Positions 36,794 to 43,441 of a DNA stretch of 43,441 nucleotides are shown here, piece by piece. Below the pieces are notes generated by a model. It worked only from the letters and a program-made list of their open reading frames with translations. It was not told the DNA's origin and did not search any database. Both the position numbers and the translations under genes were made by a program. Each line of letters opens with the position of its first letter. Position 1 is the stretch's first letter. Origin of the DNA: Deltaproteobacteria bacterium (GTDB lineage: Bacteria > Myxococcota_A > UBA9160 > SMWR01); contig SMWR01000088.1 in NCBI GenBank assembly GCA_004356735.1, positions 1 through 43,441 of the forward strand, given 5' to 3'.

Positions 36794-39361
36794 ATGAGCC
36801 AACCGCCCGTCCATTTCGAGCAGCTGCCCAATGGTCTGGGGGTGCTGCTGTGCGAGACCCACATCGCGCCGGTGGCCGAGATCCAGATCTGGGCAAGCGT
36901 GGGCTCCGCCGACGAACGCGAGCCCGAAGCAGGCCTCGCGCATTTCCACGAGCACATGCTCTTCAAGGGCACTGAAAAACGCGCGGTCGGCGAGATCGCG
37001 GGCGAGGTTGAAGGGGCCGGCGGCCGCATCAACGCGTACACGTCATTCGACGTCACCGTCTACCACGCAACGCTCCCCAGCACGGAGCTGAGCGTGGGTC
37101 TCGATGTGCTGGCTGACGCCACACTCCACTCGAGCTTCGATCCCGACGAGATCTCGCGCGAGGTCGAGGTCGTCCTGGAAGAGATCCGCCGCGGTGAGGA
37201 CTCTCCCGGGCACGTGCTCGGCGACGCGGTCTTTGCCGAGGCGTACCACGCCCACCCCTACGGCGCACCGATCTTGGGCCCGCCCGAGAGCGTCGCCCGC
37301 TTCGACCGCGAACGGGTGCGCGCCTTCTTCGAACGCTGGTACACGCCCCGCAACCTCTGCGTGGTGGTCGCTGGCGACTTCGACCGCGAACGGATTCTCG
37401 ACGAGGTCCGTGCCCATTTCGGGGATCTGCCGGCAGGCGGTGCCGAACGCCACCGACCCGTCGAGCCGCTCCAGCAGGGGCTTCGAACCGTCATCCTCGA
37501 GCGACCGTTCGAGCGGGTGAGCATCGAATTTGCCCACCCGACCGTCAACCTGGCCCACCCCGACGCGCCCTACCTCGACCTGCTGGCCTTCATCCTCGGA
37601 AGCGGGGACAGCAGTCGCCTCGTCCGCCGGGTAAAGGAGCGCGACTCCAGCGCCGACCGCATCGACGCCTCCTGCTACACGCCCGTCGACCCGGGGCTCT
37701 TCTCGGTGAGCATCGAGACCGACGTGGAGCGCGCCACCACCGCAGTCGCAGCCACCGTCCGCGAACTCGAACGCACCCGGCGCGAACCCGTAGGCGGCGA
37801 CGAGCTCGAGAAGGCGCGCGCGAACTTCCTGGCCATGGAGGATTTCGAGCGGGAGAGCGTGTCGGGCCTGGCCCAGAAGCTCGGCAGCTTCCACCACCTG
37901 GCCGGCAGCTGGGAGGTTGAGCAGCGCTATCTGGAGACCATCCGGACCGCGACCCCCGACGATCTGCTGCGCGTCTCTCAGGAGTATCTCGGACCCGATC
38001 GTCTGACCGTGGGCGCCGTGGTGCCCGACGGGCAGGGACGCAGGGTCGACGAGGCTGCCATCCGCGCCGCGGTCGATCGGGGCGTGGCGTCGATCCGGCG
38101 TGCCTACGAAAGGCCGCGCAAGTCGGACTCGGGTCCCGATGTGATCGGCTACGAGCTTCCGGGCGGCGGCGCCCTGCACGTGATCCCGCGGCCGGAGGTT
38201 CCCGTCGTCGCCGCCCGGGCCGCCTTCCTCGGCGGCCTGCTCGCCGAGAACGCCGGGAACTCGGGGATCACCGCCTTCCTCACATCCATGTGGCTGCGCG
38301 GAACCCGGGGACACTCGGCCGCCGACTTTGCCCGCAGCGCCGAAAGCCTGGCGATCGAAATCGACGGTTTCTGCGGGCGCAGCTCCTTGGGCATGACGCT
38401 GGAGGCGCCCAGCAGCCAGCTCGACCAGGCTCTGGATCTGTTCGCCGAAGCGTTGCTCGAACCCAGCCTCGACGTGGACGAGATCGAGCGCGAACGTCGC
38501 GACACCTTGGCGGCCATCGAACGCCGCGAGGACCGGCTGGGGCAGCGCGCGTTCTTGCTCTTCACAGAGACGCACTTCCAGAATCATCCGTACCGCCAGT
38601 CGTTGCTCGGATCCGAAGAGGCGGTTGCTTCGATCGACCGCGCCGCACTCGAAGCCCACCACGCCTGGCTGATTCGCGCGCCGAATCTCTCGTTGGCCGT
38701 GTCAGGCCGCGTCGACCCGGATGCTGTGGCGGCCCGGGTCTCCGCTCGGTTGTCGGACCTCGAGGCCGGCGCCTTCGAACGGCCGGCGCCCCCCGACGAG
38801 CCGCCGCCGCGCGAGATCCGCAGCGCCGAGCTGCGCAAGGACCGGGCCCAGGCTCACCTGGTGATCGGCTTTCGCGGGCTCACGGTCGCCGACCCCGATC
38901 GCCTGACCCTGGAGGTGATCTCGCAGATCCTGGCGGGTCAGGGTGGGCGTCTGTTCCTCGAACTGCGCGACCGCCGCAGCCTCGCCTACAGCGTCAGCGC
39001 CATGAACGTCGAGGGCTTCGCGCCCGGTTACTTCGCCGTCTACATCGCAACCTCGCCCGAGAAGTTCGAGGACGCTCACACGGGTCTGCTCGAAGAGCTG
39101 CGGAAGCTGGTCGAGGCGCCTCCCGAAGACTGGGAACTCGACCGTGCGCGCCGTTATCTGATCGGAAACTTCGTGATCGACCAACAGCGCAACGCCGTCC
39201 ATGCAGCCCAGGTCTCGTTGGACACGCTCTACGGCCTGGGCCCGCGGGACCACGCGGCGTATCCCGAACGCATCGCGGCGGTCGGCAAGGAAGACGTGCT
39301 GCGCGTCGCGCGGCGCATCATCGACCTCGATGCGTATACGCTGGCGACCGTGCGACCCTAG
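36794..39361 (+). CDS. M16 (pitrilysin/insulinase) family zinc peptidase, two M16 units fused in one polypeptide
   Basis: HxxEH motif (HFHEH) in the first unit. The second half repeats the M16 fold without the motif. ATG at 36794 (MSQPPVHFEQLPNG). Confidence 0.9.
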   Translation: MSQPPVHFEQLPNGLGVLLCETHIAPVAEIQIWASVGSADEREPEAGLAHFHEHMLFKGTEKRAVGEIAGEVEGAGGRINAYTSFDVTVYHATLPSTELSVGLDVLADATLHSSFDPDEISREVEVVLEEIRRGEDSPGHVLGDAVFAEAYHAHPYGAPILGPPESVARFDRERVRAFFERWYTPRNLCVVVAGDFDRERILDEVRAHFGDLPAGGAERHRPVEPLQQGLRTVILERPFERVSIEFAHPTVNLAHPDAPYLDLLAFILGSGDSSRLVRRVKERDSSADRIDASCYTPVDPGLFSVSIETDVERATTAVAATVRELERTRREPVGGDELEKARANFLAMEDFERESVSGLAQKLGSFHHLAGSWEVEQRYLETIRTATPDDLLRVSQEYLGPDRLTVGAVVPDGQGRRVDEAAIRAAVDRGVASIRRAYERPRKSDSGPDVIGYELPGGGALHVIPRPEVPVVAARAAFLGGLLAENAGNSGITAFLTSMWLRGTRGHSAADFARSAESLAIEIDGFCGRSSLGMTLEAPSSQLDQALDLFAEALLEPSLDVDEIERERRDTLAAIERREDRLGQRAFLLFTETHFQNHPYRQSLLGSEEAVASIDRAALEAHHAWLIRAPNLSLAVSGRVDPDAVAARVSARLSDLEAGAFERPAPPDEPPPREIRSAELRKDRAQAHLVIGFRGLTVADPDRLTLEVISQILAGQGGRLFLELRDRRSLAYSVSAMNVEGFAPGYFAVYIATSPEKFEDAHTGLLEELRKLVEAPPEDWELDRARRYLIGNFVIDQQRNAVHAAQVSLDTLYGLGPRDHAAYPERIAAVGKEDVLRVARRIIDLDAYTLATVRP

Positions 39362-41196
39362 GGCGTCGATGCAGCAGTACGCCGCTTCGGCGTACTGCTA
39401 GCGCCCGAAGAGCGCCCGCCATCGGAATCGATGGCGGCGGCGTCGGAAGCGATGGCGGCGCCGTCGTAACCGATGGCGGCGCCGTCGCTACGAGGATCGC
39501 TCCCACCGTGATGAATGCCGGTCTCGGGGTCCACCACGATCGACTGGGCGCTCGACCAGCTGCGCCCAGCGACTTCGACCTCGTGGCCGCGTTGGCGCAG
39601 ACCCACCACGATGCCGGGCAAGACCGCCGGTTCGGCGAACACCTTGTTCGGCACCCACTGGTGGTGGAAGCGCGGCGCGGCCACGGCCTGCTGCACGTCC
39701 ATGCCATAGTCGACGACATTCAGGATGGTGTGTAGGGTGGTCGTGATGATGCGCGGGCCGCCGGGGCTTCCCGTCACCATGAAGACCCGGCCGCCCTTGA
39801 GAATGATCGTCGGTGTCATGCTGGACAACGGCCGCTTGCCGGGCGCGATGGCATTGGCACCGCGCACGTCGATCAAACCGTAGACGTTGGGCTCATCGGG
39901 CGCTTTGGAGAAGTCGTCCATCTCGTTGTTGAGGATGATGCCGGTGCCCGACACCGTGATGCCCGATCCGAAGGGCGTGTTGATCGTCATCGTGAGCGCC
40001 ACGGCGTTGCCCTCGCCATCGGTGACCGAGAGATGGGTCGTGCCCGCGTCGCTGGGCGGAATTCCAGGCGCCTTCACGTCGATGGCATGGTCACCGCCCC
40101 AGTGCCAGAGCTTCTTGAAGAACGGCGGATTGATCCGACCGCGCAGATCGTCGGCATGCTGCTTGGACGTGAGTCGGGCCACGGGGACGGCCACGAAGTC
40201 GGGATCACCGAACCACACCGCCCGGTCGGCGAAGGAGAGCTTCATGGCCTCGACGATCCGGTGAGCCGCGCCGGCGTCGTCCGGGCCCATGCTGCCGAGA
40301 TCGAAGCCTTCGAGGACGTTGAGAATCTCCACCAGGACGGCGCCGCCCGATGACGGCGGGGGAAACGAGATCACCTCCAGGTCGCGGTAGCGTCCGATCA
40401 CCGCCGGCCGGAGCTTGGACTGGTAGTCGGCTAGGTCGCGCTCGGACAGCAGGCCCTTGCGGGACTTCATCTCCTTCGAGATCAGCCTGGCGATCTCGCC
40501 CTCGTAGAACGCGTCAGGCCCTGCTTCGGCGAGCACTCGGAGCGTCTTCGCCAGGTCCTTCTGGCGCAGCACCCAGCCGGCCTTCAGCTCAGTGCCGGGT
40601 CGGGGAAACTGGATCCGGCCGGTCTCGGGAAACAACTCGGGAAGACCTCGCCTGCGCATGGCCTCGATCCTGCGGGCGTGGTAGGGACCGATCGCGAAGC
40701 CTTCGTCCGCCAGGCGGATCGCCGCTGCGAGCACCTGCTTCCACGGCAGGGCTCCGTGCAGCTGGTGAAGCGAAGCCAGCCCGCGCACGAAGCCCGGCGT
40801 GGCCACTGCGAGACTCCCCGTCAGGGAAGCGTTCTCTGGCACTCCGGGGCGAACGTACATGTCGCGGTCGGCCGCGGCCGGCGCCGTCTCACGGGCGTCG
40901 ACGGCCAGGACGGTGCCATCGGCGAGTCGCAGCAGCGCGAAGGCGCCACCTCCGAGTCCGGCAGAGAAGGGTTGGGTCACGCCCAGGGCGAAGGCCGTGG
41001 CGACGGCCGCATCGACCGCGTTCCCTCCCGCCGCCAGCATCGACTGGCCGGCTTCGGCCGCGTCGCGCTGGGACGCGACCACCATGCCGTGGGTTCCGGT
41101 CACGGGCGTAGCGGAAGCAACCCACGCCGCACCGGGAGTCAGCACCCCAACGGCGACGACAGCGCAAAAAATCGTCCATCTGCGCTGGAAAATCAT
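39358..41196 (-). CDS. ggt: gamma-glutamyltransferase with an atypical ~35-aa C-terminal extension
   Basis: Signal peptide, the autoprocessing/catalytic Thr context GTTHLSVTD, and the GGSDPRSDGAAIGY block that normally ends the protein. Here DGAAIASDAAAIDSDGGRSSGASSTPKRRTAASTP follows it. Confidence 0.9.
   Translation of the reverse strand: MIFQRRWTIFCAVVAVGVLTPGAAWVASATPVTGTHGMVVASQRDAAEAGQSMLAAGGNAVDAAVATAFALGVTQPFSAGLGGGAFALLRLADGTVLAVDARETAPAAADRDMYVRPGVPENASLTGSLAVATPGFVRGLASLHQLHGALPWKQVLAAAIRLADEGFAIGPYHARRIEAMRRRGLPELFPETGRIQFPRPGTELKAGWVLRQKDLAKTLRVLAEAGPDAFYEGEIARLISKEMKSRKGLLSERDLADYQSKLRPAVIGRYRDLEVISFPPPSSGGAVLVEILNVLEGFDLGSMGPDDAGAAHRIVEAMKLSFADRAVWFGDPDFVAVPVARLTSKQHADDLRGRINPPFFKKLWHWGGDHAIDVKAPGIPPSDAGTTHLSVTDGEGNAVALTMTINTPFGSGITVSGTGIILNNEMDDFSKAPDEPNVYGLIDVRGANAIAPGKRPLSSMTPTIILKGGRVFMVTGSPGGPRIITTTLHTILNVVDYGMDVQQAVAAPRFHHQWVPNKVFAEPAVLPGIVVGLRQRGHEVEVAGRSWSSAQSIVVDPETGIHHGGSDPRSDGAAIGYDGAAIASDAAAIDSDGGRSSGASSTPKRRTAASTP
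39374..39398. terminator. strong hairpin immediately after the M16 peptidase stop (terminator-like), lying inside the extended ggt reading frame
   Basis: GCAGTACGCCG-CTT-CGGCGTACTGC forms an 11-bp perfect stem. There is no U-tract. Confidence 0.4.
39429..39491. repeat. 3 x 21-bp tandem repeat encoding the DGAAIxx heptads at the ggt 3' end
   Basis: cgatggcggcggcgtcggaag / cgatggcggcgccgtcgtaac / cgatggcggcgccgtcgctac, head to tail. Confidence 0.85.
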
Positions 41197-41234
41197 CGAT
41201 GAAAGACGCTAACACAGGACGGAGGGAGTCGAAG

Positions 41235-41882
41235 ATGAAGCCCATGCCGATCGCGGCCAGGATCGCCGCCGTGCTGATCCTGGCCAGCTGCTCCGAAGAG
41301 GCAAAACCCGTCTACCCACTCGTTCCGGCAGCCGATTCGGCCGAGCAGCTGATCGCCGATGGCCCTCACGATGTGGCTGTGTTCGAGATGGAGGACCTGG
41401 GAATCATCCGCGTGGAGCTGTTGTCCGAAATTGCGCCGAACACCGTCAAGAACTTCATCGAGCTCACCGAGCGCAAGTTCTACGACCGCACCAAGTTCCA
41501 CCGCGTGGTCCCCGGCTTCATGATCCAGGGCGGCGATCCACTCAGTCGCAACAAGGACCCACGCGACGATGGCAACGGCGGGCCCGGCTACAAGATCGAC
41601 GACGAGCTGAACGGCATGCCCTACCAGCGCGGCGTGCTCGCCATGACCCTCTCCGGTCAGCGACACACGGCTGGCTGTCAGTTCTTCATTCTCCACCAGG
41701 ACCAGCCCGAGATGAAACGCGAGTACACGGTCTTTGGGCGGGTGGTCGAGGGCATGGACGTGGTCGATGCCATCACCGAGCTCGAAATCGACGTGTACGG
41801 TCGCCATGGCAAGCGCAACCGGCCCTACCCCAAGGACGCGCGGATCACGACCCTGCGCATCGAACGCGCGGCTGGCTCCTGA
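41235..41882 (+). CDS. cyclophilin-type peptidyl-prolyl cis-trans isomerase, lipoprotein
   Basis: FHRVVPGFMIQGGDP and lipobox ILASC. GGAGGGAG lies 6 nt before ATG 41235. An upstream ATG at 41199 would sit 2 nt from the divergent ggt start. Confidence 0.9.
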   Translation: MKPMPIAARIAAVLILASCSEEAKPVYPLVPAADSAEQLIADGPHDVAVFEMEDLGIIRVELLSEIAPNTVKNFIELTERKFYDRTKFHRVVPGFMIQGGDPLSRNKDPRDDGNGGPGYKIDDELNGMPYQRGVLAMTLSGQRHTAGCQFFILHQDQPEMKREYTVFGRVVEGMDVVDAITELEIDVYGRHGKRNRPYPKDARITTLRIERAAGS

Positions 41883-41915
41883 CTGGCGGCCGTGTCCCAG
41901 CCACGAGCCCTGGGC

Positions 41916-43220
41916 TCAAGCGGGCTCGACCCGTAGCACGCCGGCCTCGATCAGCTCCGCGAGCGCCTTGTAGATGCGCACGTCGCTGGCGGTGAGGATG
42001 TCGATCAGGGCGCCGAGCGGGAAGCCCAACCCCGCATTCTCGGCCAACTCTCGACCCAGTTCGTCGAGGCTCGACTCCACCGCGGAAAGGCGTTCTTCGT
42101 CAATCGCAAAGCTGGCGTCGGGATCGAGCTTGCCCAGATCGATTCGCGCAAGCGAGTCGCGCTCGACGGCGGCCGACAGGATCGCCGATTGGAGCGGGAA
42201 GCGCGTCTCGTTGCCGTCCAGCGGCTCGATGCGCGGCTCGAACTCGAACTGGGCCTCGGTCCAGGTGAACATCCGACCCAAGGCCTTCGCGCCCGACACC
42301 AGGCCCGTCGATACGTGCAGGATCTCATCTCCCTGGTAGATGAGCTTGCCAGTTTCGGTGCCGTGGGTCAGTCGGAGCGTTCCAGCGCTGGCCGATGCCG
42401 AGAAGGTTTCGAGCATCGTCTCGAGGGGCGCATCCTTGACCGAGCCGGTCACCGTTGCGAGCGAGCGGGCGTGTTGGAAGCCGCGCAGGTCGTCGACGAA
42501 GGCGGCAACCTCGTCCACGCGCGACAGGTCGTACATGAACTGGATGCCTACGGCCATCACGCCGTGATCGCACGGCGTTTGGTTGGCGATCTTGCCATCG
42601 AGCGAGAGGGTCTCGCCACCGCCCGGATGGGTGATGAGGACGCTCAGCTCGGTGCCTTCTCCCAGATCCACACCCGAGATCAGGGCGAGCAGGCCGTTGT
42701 AGCTGACGTCGACGGTCTCGGCCGAGAACTTCCGGCCCGCCACCAGCATCTCGACCGGAGAGCGCGCCGGGAAGCGGGGCTGTCGGCGCTGCGTGTGAAT
42801 CACCGCCGGATCCGGATCGGGCAGCGACACACCCGTGTTCGCTTCGATCCGTTCGCGGAATTTTTGGAGGGGCTCGGCCAGCTGGACCGACAGTCCGGGG
42901 GTGGCTCCGGCGCGGCTAATCTGGGGCGGGAGGGCCGTCACGACTTCTCCCGCCAGGTCCAGCTGCGCACCGCAGAATTTGAACAGCAGCGTCACCTTGA
43001 CCTGTCGTCCCGCTGGCAGGGCGGCCAGGGTGGGCACGAACAGGGCACCGTGGGCAAGCTCGCGCTCGAACGCATCGCACAGCTCTTCCGAAGAAGCGAA
43101 TGCGACGAACAGCCGCTCCTCGCTCCGATCGAGCCCATGCGTACCCTGCGCACCCCCCATCTGCTGCCCCCTGCCCCTTCGCGGTCTCCGGGTTCCTGCC
43201 ACAGCGCTCCCCGGCGCCAT
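41916..43220 (-). CDS. PilZ-like + canonical PilZ + DUF4388 multidomain protein (probable c-di-GMP effector)
   Basis: The second domain carries RRQPR..DVSYNG (RxxxR / DxSxxG). The first domain is a myxo-type PilZ-like barrel without RxxxR. It is followed by ..LETMLETFSASASAGTLRLTHGTETGKLIYQGDEILHV (DUF4388-like). The start is 43220 or ATG 43160. Confidence 0.7.
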   Translation of the reverse strand: MAPGSAVAGTRRPRRGRGQQMGGAQGTHGLDRSEERLFVAFASSEELCDAFERELAHGALFVPTLAALPAGRQVKVTLLFKFCGAQLDLAGEVVTALPPQISRAGATPGLSVQLAEPLQKFRERIEANTGVSLPDPDPAVIHTQRRQPRFPARSPVEMLVAGRKFSAETVDVSYNGLLALISGVDLGEGTELSVLITHPGGGETLSLDGKIANQTPCDHGVMAVGIQFMYDLSRVDEVAAFVDDLRGFQHARSLATVTGSVKDAPLETMLETFSASASAGTLRLTHGTETGKLIYQGDEILHVSTGLVSGAKALGRMFTWTEAQFEFEPRIEPLDGNETRFPLQSAILSAAVERDSLARIDLGKLDPDASFAIDEERLSAVESSLDELGRELAENAGLGFPLGALIDILTASDVRIYKALAELIEAGVLRVEPA

Positions 43221-43366
43221 TTCTCATCGGCAGAACCCGCTTCCGACGCAACTCCCTCTCAGCCACAAACAAGCATCGACGCAAACTGGCCGGATTCAGG
43301 GCGTTCGGACGCGCCGGGAGCCTCGCTAGCCCCCCTGATTGCGAGCGGCTAAATTCCCTCGTCCGT

Positions 43367-43441
43367 GGCCCGGTAGCTCAGTTGGTAGAGCACGTGACTG
43401 AAAATCACGGTGTCGGCAGTTCGATTCTGCCCTGGGCCACC
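43367..43441 (+). tRNA. tRNA-Phe (anticodon GAA); the encoded CCA is cut after CC by the window edge
   Basis: It folds by hand: acceptor GGCCCGG/CTGGGCC, D arm GCTC-AGTTGGTA-GAGC, anticodon arm CGTGA-CTGAAAA-TCACG, T arm GGCAG-TTCGATT-CTGCC, then discriminator A. Confidence 0.95.

Noticed and set aside
41196-41235. Divergent ggt and cyclophilin starts only 2-38 nt apart (and hemW/M16 starts 41 nt apart), considered as evidence of mis-annotation or leaderless mRNAs.
   Set aside because: Choosing the Shine-Dalgarno-supported ATG at 41235 leaves 38 nt between the starts. Promoters can lie inside the opposite coding region. This is insufficient evidence for anything unusual without transcription start site data.
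43367-43441. tRNA-Phe as the attachment site of a genomic island.
   Set aside because: There is no integrase, and I noticed no direct repeat of the tRNA 3' half within the window. The neighbouring genes look like core genes, and the sequence beyond the edge is unseen.

Overview
High-GC (roughly two-thirds G+C by eye) chromosomal segment with about 40 genes, densely coding, mostly on the minus strand. I saw no transposase, integrase, prophage or CRISPR signal. From left to right: (i) lipid/xenobiotic oxidation genes: a crotonase tail, a family III CoA-transferase, a membrane acyl-CoA desaturase, a decayed PQQ-dehydrogenase pseudogene, and a P450 plus DUF3237 gene. (ii) A compact four-gene minus-strand operon: P4H-like 2OG oxygenase, a GT8/ELM1 fusion, a 187-aa exosortase-family enzyme and a polytopic membrane protein. 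A small convergent ORF facing it ends in an IPTLxxWG-CTERM-like sorting signal. (iii) An epoxide-hydrolase-like hydrolase. (iv) A tight string of LLM oxidoreductase, P450, glycosyltransferase, a solitary pqqC and a Coq4-family gene. (v) tesB and a 72-aa bacterial histone-fold gene. (vi) One long co-directional run MCP-cheW-cheY-cheA(Hpt)|cheA(core)-cheC-larB-larC-hydrolase. In it cheA is broken exactly at an A10 tract that is followed by a 6-nt spacer and a perfect 22-nt palindrome. (vii) Housekeeping genes: thiL, lon, an LpoA-like lipoprotein and dnaJ-dnaK-grpE-hrcA-hemW. (viii) A fused M16 peptidase, ggt with a tandem-repeat C-terminal tail, a lipoprotein cyclophilin, a PilZ-PilZ-DUF4388 protein, and tRNA-Phe(GAA) at the right edge. 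The gene content (many P450/LLM/CaiB genes, myxo-type PilZ, DUF4388, a histone-fold protein) suggests a Myxococcota/Binatota-like lineage, but this is inference only. The most interesting signals are the cheA A10+hairpin split, the minimal exosortase locus with its candidate substrate and modification enzymes, the bacterial histone, and the pqqC-Coq4-P450-LLM-GT string. All calls rest on reading the translated ORFs and the DNA by eye; no database search was run.
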